Assembly (NCBI GenBank): GCA_951406725.2 | Contig: OX597823.1 | Span: forward strand, 61,380,001 to 61,444,000 | Origin: Octopus vulgaris | Lineage: Eukaryota | Reading direction: 5' to 3' | DNA: 64,000 nucleotides | Shown: positions 11,970-27,523 of the stretch, in pieces | How the letters are laid out: every line of letters begins with the position of its first letter | Position numbering within the stretch: the stretch's first letter is position 1 | Made by a program: the position numbers and the translations under genes | Notes under the pieces: model-generated | What the model saw: the letters and a program-made list of their open reading frames with translations, nothing else | What the model was told of the DNA's origin: nothing | The model's database searches: none

Positions 11970-12446
11970 TACTACTATTATTATTATTATTATTATTATT
12001 ATTATCATTATTATTATTATTATTATTGTTGTTGTTGTTGTTACAAGGTGGCGAGCAGGAATGGCTCAATGGCTTAAACATATGGCCACTAACAACATGT
12101 TGTATTAGAATCGAGTGAAACAGGGTATATTTAACAAGATAAAATCACCTGATGAAATGCTTCTGCATTGAAGAATGCACCACAACCAGTTGTAAAGTAT
12201 CCCACCCATGAGGGATTTATGTAGGATGTGTTGAAATGATCATTGTGAGTAATAAAGTTTCTTCTATATTTCATTTTCCATCTCTATCTTTTGTGATATA
12301 CTCAACATGCACTGAGGAATTTATGAGGCAGATCCAATGACAATTGTGTAAATACCATGGATGACATCAGACAGCCATGCAATGTATGTATTTCATTGGC
12401 TTACTACTAAGAAATACACCCAACACTTAATATATATATATATAAA

Positions 12447-13078
12447 TAATTAAGTTTCAGGTGAATTAGGTACTTAAGTTGAGGCACCAAGTTTGTCCAG
12501 TATTGGTGGTGAGTGGTTTATTTCAAATTGATGTAATGTTTGCTTCTCTACAGTTATCCAGCCACCATTTTTCATAGTATTTTCCCGATGGCTGGATAAC
12601 TGAAGAGATGGCGGCATGGATTTCCACCTCGGCATCCGAAACTCAGAGTTTTATCATGGCTACCGAATAATTGTCACATATTACATTTACAGATAAATTC
12701 CTCTATTTACATAATATTGAGATCTCTTTCATTCTTTTGTTGCCTTACCATTTTTATCAATAAGTTATCTCCTGTACACCACTATTTTTCCCTAAGGGCT
12801 AATACAGCTTATTTTGGAAAATCACCAGACATCGGTTGAGGACTCTGCCACACAGAAGAATTCAATATGGACGCCTACTACATACCTGTACCATCAAGGG
12901 AACTATACTCTAAAAGCCTTTTGGAGAAAATTACAGATCTGATTAAGCGCAAGGGTCATTTTTCATAGTATTTTTCAGATGGCTGGATAACTGAAGAGAT
13001 GGCGGCGTGGATTTCTACCTCGGCATCCAAAACTTGGAGTTTTATCAGGGCTACCAAGTAATTCTCACATATTACATT

Positions 13079-13082
<4 letters not shown>
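12447..13082 (+). mobile_element. Internally deleted Penelope-like element: two ~125-bp direct repeats (391-bp period), each with an HHR motif
   Basis: Repeats at 12566-12691 and 12957-13082; short inverted copy at 12551-12566; between the repeats MDAYYIPVPSRELYSKSLLEKITDLIKR (12867-12950); flanked by (TA)n. Confidence 0.7.
12595..12655 (+). ncRNA. Type I hammerhead ribozyme motif
   Basis: GATAA-CTGAAGA-[GATG...CATC]C-GAAA-CTCAGAG-TT-TTATC, GUU triplet; the sister copy at 12986-13046 has GAAA changed to AAAA. Confidence 0.75.
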
Positions 13083-13124
<42 letters not shown>

Positions 13125-13126
<2 letters not shown>

Positions 13127-13291
13127 GTATATTTCTCTGGATCTTTCCTTCTCCTATGATTCCGACGAAGAGCTCCACTCGAAACATTAAACCCTCCTTC
13201 TTTCCTTCTTTCCTGAGCATCCAATAATACTATATTTGTTCCACGTCCTCGCGTTGTTGTGTTTTTTGTGCTTTCTTGTTTGGATTAACTT
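13125..13291 (+). mobile_element. Short (TA)n-inserted element with degenerate minimal HHR (13158-13192)
   Basis: GATT-CCGACGA-A-GAG ctcca CTC-GAAA-CA-TT-AAAC; layout resembles 45903-46036 and 47133-47315. Confidence 0.6.
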
Positions 13292-13301
13292 TATATATAT
13301 G

Positions 13302-13345
<44 letters not shown>

Positions 13346-13378
13346 CATGCATATACATGTATGTATATGTATATATAT

Positions 13379-13410
<32 letters not shown>

Positions 13411-13476
13411 ATAGATATAGATATATATACACATAAATATGTATATATACATGCACATACATACATATATTCATGC

Positions 13477-13566
<90 letters not shown>

Positions 13567-16003
13567 CTATATACATATATATATATATATGTATATATAT
13601 ATATGTATATATAATATATAAAACAAATTAAGAATGGAGTTTCTGATATATTTATTCCACAGTTTACAATCATTTCAATAACTCATGGGAGACAAATCAA
13701 TTAACTAGCAAGAAGGCATGAATGACACTGTGATTTTATCATTGTTTGCTGGAGTGCCACCTGAGGTAAATATTTGGATCGTTTTATCTCCTCTCATTTA
13801 TATGTGCATATATGTGTGTGTGTGCATGCATGTGTGGGTATTTCTATATATATTGCGCAATGTATTATATATGCTTGTTGTCATACACAAACTGCCTCAT
13901 TTTATAGGTACAAATATACAATCATTCCAAAATCCGAAGCCCTTCTAATCCCAAACATTTCAAATAAATGATTACTTGTATGTATATATATATATATATT
14001 CACACACACACACACACGTGCATACATACATATATGCATGCATGCACACACACACATATTATGTCTTTGTGTGCATGTATATATACATATTAGTACAGTA
14101 AACATTTCAAACCGTTCAGGTAACTGCTAGTTTCACCAATCAGATATGCTTTAAATGTAATATATTCCAGTACTTTAAAACTGATGATTTATCAACTCTG
14201 CTGTGGATAATATGTATTTTATTTTTTATGCATGGGATAGATATGACAAACTTTCAGCTACAAATACTGAATATACTACTATTTCCAATGTGATTGACAG
14301 CTTCCTAAATGATTTGTACATTTGTACTGTACAAGTATATATATTATTCACTTATTCTTTTTATCTCTGAAAGCATTTGGTACACTTTATGTTATCATCA
14401 TCATTTAACATCTATGGTCTCTGCTGTCATGTGTTGGACAAATTAACAAGATTCAATGATTCCAAGTACTACAGCATGCTCCAGTGTCTGCTTTGTCATG
14501 ATTTCTATATCTCGATGCCCTTCCTAATACCAACCACTCTACAGCATGTACTGGATACTATTTTCATGCCAAGGCTACAAACCTTGTGTGGAAGATTTAT
14601 GTTTTGGATGAGGGGTTAAAATATGAGAGAAAGGATCAGAGCAGAACAGGTTTTTGCTGTAGTGGTGCTACATAGCTTCTCCCATTTTCGAAGAGAGGGT
14701 GGGAGTGATCGGTTGGAGGTGCTGAAAAGAAACAAAAATAGGGATGATGAGGTGTCTGGGTTAATCCTTGAGTATAAGGAGAGTAGAAGTGAGTGGGGTG
14801 TGAAAAACTTTAAGTGTGAGTGGGTAGAGGCTGTAAGTGTGCATGGGAAAGTGAGAGATGGGGAATGGGTGATGGAATGAATATAACTGAAGAAAAGTGA
14901 GGAGAGAGGGAGAGAGAAAGAAAGAAAGAAAAAGAAAGAAGGAAAGAAAGAATGAAAGAGAAAGAGAGAAGGTGTTTGATTGGGTAGATTGACAGTGTGT
15001 GAAGGGGAGGGGCTGGCTTAGTACATGGGAATAGTAAGAGTCATATGGTGAGAGATGGCTCAGGGTGGGTGATCAATGTAAAATGCGGGTGGAGAGGACA
15101 ATATAAAGATGAAGGATGGATATCATGTGAAATGGCTCTGGGCTGTGAGAAAATCAGTGGTATTAAGGAAAAACTGCACTTAGAGAGATGATGGGATGTG
15201 AGTTCTCTTGAGGGGGAAATTATATACACACAACACTTCCAGAACTTAGTATTTCTGAGATGGAGAGGTCTTCTTGAGAACCATATATCACCAGTCATAC
15301 TACTCCTTTGTCATCTCCTCTATGCGGTTCAAAGTTCTGAGATCAACTTTGCTTTCTTGACTCCATAAAATACAGTAACATTCAAGTTTTGAGATTGATG
15401 TTATCAACCATACACCACTCTTAAATTTCAGATCTTGTGCCTATATTAGAAACAACTATTTTTTCAGACATACTGTATTTAGATCCACAACTATCCAATA
15501 TGTCCTTCCTTAACATTTTAAGACCACAGAGAGAAACCTGAGAAAGGGTCTGGTTGCTATTTCTCGCAGATCAAGCTACTAGAAATTACATCTTTCATTG
15601 GCTTGATGCACCATACGGAGAAATATTATCTTCATCTGGTCAAGTGCAGTTCATAAAAAGACAGTTTTTCTCTATTTGAGAACAATGAATATCTTGTGTG
15701 TTCTCCATCAAATCTTGAGAAGAATAAAATAATACTTTTGCTTGTTGTATAGTATTTTTACTTACTTATTTCTTACTTTATAACTTTCTTTCTTTCTTTC
15801 TTTGCAATCATCAGTAACATATGGGGATTTGATAATATCTCCACATGATAGAGCACTTTCTAATACCATTTTCTCATGGGATAACTGGTGGAATATCTCT
15901 TTTATACTTTTATACAATTGTATCATTCTGAAAGATAGGTCACTAATTTAAGACTTGCTATATATTTTTAGATGCAAATACATATCCATCTATGTATGTA
16001 TGT

Positions 16004-16035
<32 letters not shown>

Positions 16036-16133
16036 GTGTGTGTGTGTGTGTGTGCAGGCACAACAAAGACTAAATGATCAGCATTGCTGCAGGGGTGCCC
16101 ATTTTATTTTGACTATTATCATTGTTATTATTA

Positions 16134-16218
<85 letters not shown>

Positions 16219-16449
16219 CATCCTCATTATTATTATCTTCACCATCACCATCATCATCATCATCAACACTGTTGTTGTTGTTGTTGTTGTTGTTGTGGTC
16301 GTCGTCATCGCCATCGTCGTTCTTGTTGTTGTATTTGCAGTTTTATTGGTTATGTTAAATTCTTCTGGAAATTCTTTTCTTTCTCGTTCTTTATTTCTCT
16401 ACTTATTGGCTTTCTGCTTCTTTTTTACACATTCTCCTTCACATTTTCA

Positions 16450-16516
<67 letters not shown>

Positions 16517-16602
16517 CTCTTACTACCTCCCCCGCTTTCTGTTCTCTGTCTCTCTTTTTTGTGTTTTTGAAAATAGAGGTCTCTTTTCTACTGCTGCTGC
16601 TA

Positions 16603-16634
<32 letters not shown>

Positions 16635-17393
16635 ACTACAATTGTGGTTGTTCTTAATACTGCATGTACTATTTTTATACTTGTTTTTAATATAAATTAT
16701 TATTACTACAATAACAATAATAATAATAATAATAATAATTTTAACAAGAACGAGAACAAGAACAACAACAAGAACAACAACAACAACAATAATAATAATG
16801 ATGATGATGATAATAATAATAATAATGATGATGATGATAATAATAATAATAATGATGATGATGATGATGATAATTATTATTATTAATTTATTTATTTTAT
16901 TTATTATTTGTGAAGTACTGTTTGCTTCCATGTCTAGAATTGTTCTATTTTGGAGTTGGCTACTTGTACTAAGTCACATTTGTTTTATCTTGAGAACTTT
17001 CTGCATTCAGTAGAAATATTGTGTTCTAAAGAGCAACTAGCCACTGCTGTCCACATCAACAACAACCATTAACAGGGTTGTTGATTTTTTTTTTCATCAT
17101 CTACTTATAACTTACTCTCTCACTCTCACTCTCATTCTCACAATACTTTTCTCTCTCTTTCTCATGTATATAAACTCCAGACAGACAAGCATTCACACAC
17201 ACGCACACACACAGAAGTGCACGTTGCACATATACATACACCACATAGGTATTCACACACACACACAATTGCACATAAACAGACACAAAACAGGTATTCA
17301 TACACACCCAGTGGTCCATTTTTTCTTCTATTGTTCATTGTAAAACTGTGTCTGAGATTTGTATGTCCCCATGTGCTATATATATATATATAT

Positions 17394-17481
<88 letters not shown>

Positions 17482-17582
17482 GCACACACATATATGCATA
17501 TGCACATATATATATGTATATATATGTATATATGTGTGAACAAATATGTATATATATATATATATACATATATGTGTATGTG

Positions 17583-17630
<48 letters not shown>

Positions 17631-17846
17631 GATATATACATATATATACATGTATATGTGCATATATGCATATTGAGATATATGTGCATATATGTCATAC
17701 ATATGTGTGTGTATATGAATGCCTATGTATATCTGTATATATATATATATACACAAATACATACACACACACCTATACACATAAACATATATCATTGATA
17801 CATATACATATCTATGTATGTATATATGTAAATTATGTATATATGT

Positions 17847-17879
<33 letters not shown>

Positions 17880-20020
17880 GCTGTATGTGTGTGGGTATAA
17901 GTGTCCATATATACACACTCAAACACACACTCATGCACTCTCTCTCTCACACACACACACACTCACACACACATACACATACACACAAACATAGATACCC
18001 ACATATATACACAGATGGATGCATCTATGTATGTATATAATTCATTCTATCTTTGCAGACATTTCGTCATTTCTAAAGAGGTTTTCTTTTCTCTTTTTTT
18101 TTTTCAACTCTGTTCTTTTGATGTTGTTTCTAGTTTCATCAGTTGTCGTTTCTGTCCATTATACACGCCTCAAGCATTGTTTTAAACTCAACTAATTTTC
18201 TTTAAAAAAGAAAAAAACATAAAAAGGTGAAAACAGAAAAAGAAGCAAATAAAAACTTAAGTTAAAAATAAATAAATAAAATTAAAAAATGGCATTTTTT
18301 TTAATGCCATCAGTATTTTAATGTTATTTTTTTGTTTGGAGGGTAGTGGTTTTATTTCTGAATATTTTTTTTATTTAAAAACAAAATGAAAAAATAAATA
18401 AATGAAATAAAATTCTTTTATCAACTCTTTAGAACTTCTTCAGCCAATTCTAATATTGGGTGTAAACAAATGGACATAAATGTTTTTGTTGTATTATTTT
18501 CATTTTTTTTTGTCTTATTTTAGTGGGATATTCTTTCTCTCTGTCTTTCTTTTTCTCTCTTTTTCTTTCTTTTTTTTGAATTTTTAATTTTGTCTTTTAT
18601 GGTTTTTATTGTCTTTTTGTTTTTTGCTTATTTTGTTATCAATTTTCAATAGTTTATTCAGCAATAAAGTAATTAAAAATTTGGTTTGGTATGAGTAAGA
18701 GAGAGAGAAATAAAGAGACAGGCAGGCAGACAGATAAATAGATAGATAGACAGAGAAAGAGAGAGAGAGGGAGGGAGAGAAGGAGAGAAAGAGACAGGCA
18801 TATAGACAGACAGACAGAGACATCAAGAAAAGAAAGAAGAGAAAGCAAGAGAGACAGAAGTTAAAAATATATACAATGATAACAATTGAAAAAAAAATTG
18901 AAAAAATTAATAAAAAGACACATAAAAATAAAAATAAGAACAACAACACGCAAGGTAAAAATTAGGCGTATTGTTAAAATTAAAATTTATCATTATCTGA
19001 TTAGGACAGGCGTTACCATTGAGGTATTCTAGATGTTTGATAATAGAATAAAAATCCTTGTCATACAAAGAAACTAAATTCATTTAATAAATGATTGGTG
19101 AAACAGTTCCTCAAGCACAATTACCAATCAAGAAATATTTAAATATGAAAGAGTGTCTCACTTTGAAATTAATTTTTTTGAATATGTTTTCATATTGGAA
19201 GAATAAAAATTAAAAATAAATATATTTTCATTTTTTTTTTGCTTAATATATATATGTGTGTATGAGTGAGTGTATGTATATAACATACATATATATATAT
19301 ATATATGTGTGTGTTTGTGTATTTGTGTGTGTGCATGTGTGTGTGTTTTGTTTTTGCCTGGAATTTGAATCTTAATAAAGAATTATGTGCGATATCAGAA
19401 AAAAATATATTCCTGATTATAAAATCAGAACACCATATAATAGAGATAATAGAATAGGTCAGTAGAATAGCAAAAAGAAAAAAAAGAGAAAAAAAAGAGA
19501 AAGTTTGCTGTTGTTGTTTATGTTGTTATTGAAGTCATAGTTTATTTTTTAAAAAAAAAACAACTTTCTTCTTGATTTTTTTTTTTTTTTGTTATGCTGT
19601 TACTGTTGCCTTTTTTTTTTTTTTTTTTGGAAATGCAAATTATTTCATATCAGACTTCGATATTTTCCTGTCCTGAAATTGTACATCAATGATTTTATTT
19701 TATTTGATCTTTTGATTTTTAGTTGTTTTTTTTTGTTATTGTTGTTTGATTGTATTTTATGTATTTTTAGGAAGCCTAAAAATATATAAATAAATTAATT
19801 ACAGATAAAAATAAAACAAGAGAGCTAGAAGGATATGTCTGTATGTGTGTGTGTTATTGTATTACATGACATATATATATATATATATATATATAATGTA
19901 ATACAGTAACATATATATGTGTGTGTGTGTGTGGCTAACGTTAAAATATTTATTTGTTACATGATAAAAAGGCTATTTCACTTGTATAGCTTCGTGTCCC
20001 TGAAATAACAAATGACCTAA

Positions 20021-20063
<43 letters not shown>

Positions 20064-21099
20064 AAAAAGAAGAAAACACTATGTGATCTGAATATAGAAA
20101 TTTAAAGAGATTCCTGTATTGCAGCTCAATGATTTAATAGACAACTGCTTACACTAATGACCATTAGTGAAACAGTTAATATGGCAATAACTCCTGTAAT
20201 CCATTGAATTTCTAACAGGAAGTCCAGGCAAGAATTTGAGACCTCAACTCTCAGTCCACAACAATTTTTCGCCCATGAGTCATGGACCTCAGTTACAAAT
20301 GAGTTCATTTTATTCATATGCTTTTTGCAGGGAAACAGGAATTTTCTTTTTTGTGTGTCTGATGTGTATTTTGCCTAATCAAGAATGTTTATCAGCCCAT
20401 CCTTGACAACAGATCATCCATGTCCACATTGTCAAAGCATTAATTAAAAGGATACCTGGTCAAAGGCCAAGTAAACTTCTTGACTCTGGGCAAGCACTGG
20501 ATGCCCTTAAGAAATGGTATCTTCGCTGTTGCACCAATTTTGATATCAGAGGACTCCTAAGCTGTTTGCAAAAACACTCACCACTCCACCCCCATGCACT
20601 CTTGACAGACACTGCTTTGCTTTTAACAGAACCCTAAATTCATTTTGCATGCATACACATAGCTACAAAAACTTATACCAAGTGCACACACATTCTGATG
20701 TATATACATATTACCAATAGTGCAACTAAAACATTCTCAAAGCATGCCAATGATTAATACTAATACACAAACACAAAAAAATAATCAAGAACTTTTGTTA
20801 GCTAAAAAGACATTTTTAACTCTTCCTTTCTATCAAAATTTTCCAAAATATTCTCAGGATTGGTAGTGATATAAAAATATATACATTTATTTGTAAGAAA
20901 AGATTCACCTGTATTTTTCTCCTCTATAATATATTAATCTTGTGCAACTACATTTCAGTTGAAGTAACACTGTTTAATGCTTCTTCTTTTATTTCTACCA
21001 TTGACTTGCATTGAACATATGTCTTTCAAAACTAAAAATATACTGTTTCTCACAGTAATACTTTGGCTAGTAAGTATTATACATGCCCACAGTAGATTC

Positions 21100-21298
21100 T
21101 TAACCCTTAGGTATTCAGATTATTCTGCAAAACATAATGCTTATTTATTCACATAGCTTTGAGATTTCTATGATATGATTGTTTGTTTTCTGAATGCCAT
21201 TGCAGAGCAGATGTGAGAGGCCAAATCTGACAATTTTGAACATAAAACGGGTAGAATATTTGGGCCTGATATGGCCGGTTTAAATGCGAAAGCGTTAA
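21100..21298. mobile_element. piggyBac-type MITE (degenerate)
   Basis: TTAA-CCCTTAGGTATT ... AATGCGAAAGCG-TTAA: TTAA at both ends with imperfect CCCT/AGGG-like termini. Confidence 0.6.
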
Positions 21299-21739
21299 AT
21301 CACAAACAGTACTAACAAGATTTGTCTGAGATTCTGGAAATCACCAACCTCTATCGGCTAATTAGATGAGCCCCCAACACATTACTGGTACTTTATTTAA
21401 TGTCTTAAAAGGATTGGACGTGTGAATAACAAAGTTGATCTCAACAAGCAAATGTTGATCTCAGCAAACTCAGAATGTAAATGACTAGAACAATTGCTAC
21501 AAGGTATAATGATATTTTTGCTGTTGATCTACCTTCTTAAGATATCATCTTTATATAATGTATCCAGAATAAGTCAACATGTTTGAACTAACTCTTCTGC
21601 AGTTAAGATAAGAATTCATCATCGTTATCCAAAGGAATACTCATAAGTCTAACAATACTCCCACTGTTTGATTAAATTAGTGTTAACATGCTTAATACAA
21701 AGAACATTAAAAAGCTAACAAAAAATATTTATGCAATAA

Positions 21740-21770
<31 letters not shown>

Positions 21771-22598
21771 TTATTACTAAATAATTAATTCAGTTTAATT
21801 ATTTTAACTATGAATATTTAATACTTTAATTATTTATGTAAGTATGTGAGATAACTCCGAGCATATTTTAATCTTATTACGATCTCATCTGCCAATTGAT
21901 AGACTTCATCAAACTTGCTTAAATAGTAATGAGAGAATCACTAAATAAATGTAGAGGACTGCACATTGGTTGGCATAGAAAATTATAGAATTTTTAAAGA
22001 ATAAATAACTCAAATAGTTTATTCACATAAAAAAAGAACAAAAACAAACAAAATCATATCACTATATGCAAACCATTTATAGCTGGCTAGGTGGACTGGG
22101 TCACTGAATATTAAATGTTTTGACTACAAACTAATTGTAGCAGTAGTGACAGAATACAAACAAATGACCATGTTGAAATCTGTCTGGCAGATGAAGAAAA
22201 TAAATCAATTAAAAAGCATCTAAGAATCAATGAGTTCTGCTAGAATTAGTGTTTTCATTTATAACAAAATATCTGGCTGAATCAAATCGTTGGACTATAT
22301 TATAAAACAGTTTATTCATTATATTCTCTCAGCCACAACCTTTTTGGTAGTTTAGCCAATACCCTATTGACTTCCTCATCATCAGCTCACAGTTTTAGTA
22401 CATAGCATTATTGTACACTGCTTAATAGGAATTTTTAGTATTCTCCAGACAATTCTCCCTCATCTACATAACTATGTGTGGACTTTGCTCCAGTCTAGCT
22501 CTTACTGCTCTCCTGACAATAACCAAAAAGAAAAACCCACAAAATCTTATTTTACCTCTGAAATACAAATCACTTATCTTCTCTTCCTCCTCACTTCC

Positions 22599-22661
<63 letters not shown>

Positions 22662-23221
22662 GCCTAGGATACACTCTACATATAGAATATCTTTCTAAAA
22701 GGTGGTATCTACTCATGTAGAATCCATTCTCTCTGTCAATCACTTCTCTCCACTGAATCTCAAAGTAAAAAGACTTCCACCTATTTCTCTAAGTCACCTG
22801 CCACCTTTATTCACTTTCTGAACTCCCCAAACACCAACAGTTGTTTGATTATCAATCACCCTGTATTGAGGACATCTATCACAAAACACCACTTTCTGAC
22901 GTTCTCAATCTGTCTGCTTCATCATACACAAATCCTCTTGGCCTTCACACTGACACCATTAACACAGATACCAAGCCATTTGCTATTCTCAACTGTTTTC
23001 AGAAATTAGAATCTTCGTTTATCTCTTTTTCCTTCTTTGAAACACAGTCTCTTAGAAAAAAGAAAAAAGACATTTGACCTCTTTTTCACTCCACCAAACT
23101 TAACCATAACCCACTCAGCAGTTCTGTGCATCATTAAAGAGGTTTCACTGGAGTGTTCAGAAGGCAACACACATCACATTTTTGTGCATAATAAACCCTG
23201 CTTTCTATGAATCTCTAGCCG

Positions 23222-23451
23222 ATCTTTTATCTTTTACTTGTTTCAGTCATTAGACTGCGGCCATGCTGAGGCACTGACTTGAAGAATTTTTAGTCAAATG
23301 TGTCAACCCCAATACTTGATTTTTTTCTGTTTTTTTTTTTAAACCTGGTACTTTTTCTATTGTTCTCTATTACTGAACTGCTAAGTTACAGGGATGTAAA
23401 CACACCAACACTGGTTGTCAAGTGATGATGGGGGACAAACACACATGCACA

Positions 23452-23486
<35 letters not shown>

Positions 23487-23725
23487 ACACACGCTCACAC
23501 AGCGACACACACATTGCACTCAGACACACACACACATGTACAAACACACAGAAACACATGCACATACATACATATGACAGGCTTCTTTTAGTTTCTGTCG
23601 ACCAAATCCACTCACAAGGCTTTGGTTGGCCCAAAGCTAAAGCTGAAGATACTAGTTCAAGGTGCCATACACTGGGACTGAACCTAGAACCAGGCGATGG
23701 GAAGCAAGCTTCTTACCACACTGTC
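23222..23725 (-). mobile_element. SINE family A copy
   Basis: Collinear with 4599-5015, with an expanded internal (CA)n. Confidence 0.88.
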
Positions 23726-24415
23726 ACAAATTAGTTAAATGGGTAAAGCCCTGCTGGTTCAAAACTGACCACTGGCTGTGGATACAGAATGGCTGAAAAG
23801 TTAAGACATTTGTTTTGTAATCACAAAGTTTCAGATTTGGTCTTTCTAGAATGAATTCAAGTCACACATGCTCATACACACACACACACAATGGGATTCA
23901 TTCAGTTTTCATCTACCAAATCAACTCACAAGGCTTTGGTCAGAATGGGGCTGTAATAGAAGATACTTTCCTAAAGTGTCATGCAGTAGAATTGAACCCA
24001 GAACCATGTATTTGGGAAGAAAATTTCTCACCACACAACCTGTCCTGGCCCTATTACTGCATTTGTATTTATTGTTTACTCTGGTCTGGTTATTATTTTG
24101 TGCCAGTTCATCAACTACAAACTGTAATTCTTTTATTCTTTCATTCTTTTAATTCTTTTAGCCATGCTGGGGCACTGCCTTGAAAATTTCCTCCCCAGTA
24201 TTTATTCCTTTAAAGTCTAGCACTTATAGTGTCAGCCATTTTAGACAAGCTGGTAGGTTAGAAAGGTATAAACAAAGGAATACCAGTTCACAAACAACAA
24301 AAACATGCACACAGTCAAATATATATTTGAATTTGTCTATATATCTATGTTTTTAGGGAGGTACATACATGTCTAGTAACAATGAGCCTATTGGTCTATC
24401 TGGATATATATATAT

Positions 24416-24477
<62 letters not shown>

Positions 24478-24494
24478 ATATATATATATATAAA

Positions 24495-25061
24495 TTAAGT
24501 TGTCTGGAAAGTTTGTGCCGATTTTTAAAGGAAAGAAAAAGGTCAATAAATACTCGCCATTACATTTTTAGTCAACCAAATATGAACTATTTTGTTGCAC
24601 AATGCGTCTCCATCCTTCCTTTAACTTGAAAATACCCTCTTACCAGAATTGAGGTGGTTTCATGGCAAAGAATTCATCAAGGTATCTTTTTACGTCATCC
24701 AAGGAATTGAAATTTTTACCATTAAGACTATTCTGCAGAGACCTGAATAAGTGGAAATCCGAAGGAGCAATATCTGGTAAATATGGAGGATGAGGTAACA
24801 CATCCCAGCCGAGCTGCAGCAATTTTTGTCTGGTTCCCAAAGCATCAAGTGCCGAAAATGAACTTTCTTATCTTCTATTTTAAAGGGTTACAGAATTAAC
24901 ACAGGTTATAGGAACATAAACCTCCTTCCATGAAAAGATATCTTAAACTGTGCTCCAAATGGAGGTGTAGTCAAATCCTATTTTATGGACTCAACCATGT
25001 TCTAAAATAAGTCAAAAGGTAAGCTACTATAAATCGGCATGAACTTTCCGGATAACCGTAA
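24495..25061 (-). mobile_element. Internally deleted mariner element with both TIRs
   Basis: TIRs TTAAGTTGTCTGGAAAGTTTGTGCCGATTT (24495-24524) and AAATCGGCATGAACTTTCCGGATAACCGTAA (25031-25061); remnant LGWDVLPHPPYLPDIAPSDFHLFRSLQNSL (mariner YSPDLAPSD motif) at 24640-24840. Confidence 0.92.
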
Positions 25062-25111
25062 AAAGTAAAAAATAAAGATAAATATACATATATATATAAA
25101 TATAGAAAAAA

Positions 25112-25163
<52 letters not shown>

Positions 25164-26069
25164 CATACATACACACATACATACATATATAACATTCTTG
25201 AAAGGTGCTGCACAGTGGGACTGAACCTGAAACTGTCAGTTGCAAAGTGAAATTTTATATCAAGTTTTCTTGTTTTCTTAAATTCATTTATTTTATTTTA
25301 TCTGTATTTTGTTTTTCATTTTATTTTATAGAATATATTCTTTATGATTCTTTTATCATTTATCATCAGGTGACCCATATATGTTGAAGTTCAACATGCC
25401 CAGGTTGGGGATTGAACACACAGACCATTATTTTGTGAAGACTAATGGTAAGAAGGTATTGACATAACCACATTTAGAATTTATTTTTTATTTTGTGAGT
25501 TCAATCCTAGCTTCAGTACAAGTACACATACATAGCATCACACGAGAAAAGAAAGACTAATCCACTTAAAATTATTTGTATTGCTGTCCTAAAATAAAAC
25601 ACCCCACCAGCACCATTCAAAATTTGAGGTTAACAGTCCGGAAAAACATTTTCCATAAGTACCAATAATTCATCTCACAAATTTAGTTAGGCATATATAA
25701 TAGTCAATAAATATTGCATATTATAAATAAAAAAATAAAATATCACAAATAATATTATAAAACCAACTTCACCACACATTCTTCATAAGTTAACAGAAGT
25801 TAATGGGTTAACGTGATATATTATGCTTTAATCCACATCAAATCTCTTTTCCATTGACATTTTCATTCAGAATAACGCATTTAGGTCTAACAATTTTACT
25901 GTCTAATTCTAAGACTACATACACTTCCTCTCATAAATAACAGCTTCCAAAACAACACAAGAACATTATATTCCAATATTATTCTACAAACATTAAAAGA
26001 AATCTGAAATAGCAAACAGTTTCCTTTTGAAATAGACTGAAAATGATAACAACATACACATATATACAG

Positions 26070-26180
<111 letters not shown>

Positions 26181-27492
26181 TGTGTATATGTGTAAAAAGA
26201 GAGAGATTGATAGATATTATTGCAGTATATGTATATATCATATATGATATATATATATATATAATGTATGTACGTATGTATGTATATATGTATGGGTATA
26301 TATTTATCTAGGTATATATATATATATATCTTTATATATATATATATGTATATATGTATTTAGGTATGTATGTTTGTGTATGTGTATGCAAGTGTGTATG
26401 CGTGTGTGTATTTGCATATATATATCTATATATATACTGCAAACAGAATATTTTCAAATATTAAGACAAGATTATAGCTTTGTTTCATTAATTTTACAAC
26501 GCACAAAATATCACATTTTCCTGGATAGAATTAAGAATGCAGGTAATAAACAAGCTACCACGAATAACAGTGTCTATTATTTGCAAATAAACTTTATGAT
26601 AATAACTGGAAAACCTTGACAATCTGTGCGGTTTCATACAGGAAAAAATAGGCAACACATGTTTGAAATCAGAGAAAAGGATTCAGAGATGGATGGTTGA
26701 GTGGGGTGGTGAAACCGGGGGGAAGGGCAAATTTATACTCGTGTAAACCGAAAGCAATAAAACAATGGAGGGAAATATTTGCCACATTTCTCTTTATAAA
26801 ACCCACAATGGTATTATATTGATTATGGTTATCAAAAAAAAAAAAATAATAATAATAATAATAATAGTAATAATAATAATAAATAAAATAAGAAAAACAT
26901 CTAATTCATCAATTGTATGATATATCTTTATGCTTTATCTTCGATTTTCAACAAATATAGCAATATGTAAACAGAGATTATTAATGGAGATTGTAGATCA
27001 AAACAACTTTCTTTTTCTTTTTCTTTTTGTTGTTGTAGGTTTTCAGGTTATTTTTTTGTTTATTTTTTTTTCTGCAAGAAAATAATATAAATAATATTGC
27101 AGAAAAAAAAAAAGTGTAGCAACAAAGTGTTGTAAAATATTTGTGGAAATTGTAGTTCAGTGCAGACAAAAGGAGTTTAAAAGCTATGAGTGATATGTAT
27201 AAAACAGAATGAGAAAACTTCAACGAGTAAAATGAATTTAGGGGTTGTTTTGATACTATAAGTGTCAGCAATGTTACATATACATATTTTTGTTCATGTG
27301 TGTGTGTGTGTGTGTGCATCAACAATGTTATAGATATATGAACTAGATTCATAAACTACACCTTAACTGGTTTAGCGGAATGATGACAGAAAAGTGTTAG
27401 TGTTATACGAAAGATTAGAGACTACAGATTAAATAGGATTAAATAGAAGATGCGAATAATAACTCCCCCTTCTCCCCCACTGCCCCCACATG

Positions 27493-27523
<31 letters not shown>

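Noticed and set aside
12149-12185. CTGATGA-AATGC/GCATT-GAAG hammerhead-like motif
   Set aside because: It has GAAG instead of GAAA, and no stem III, NUH triplet or stem I could be fitted.
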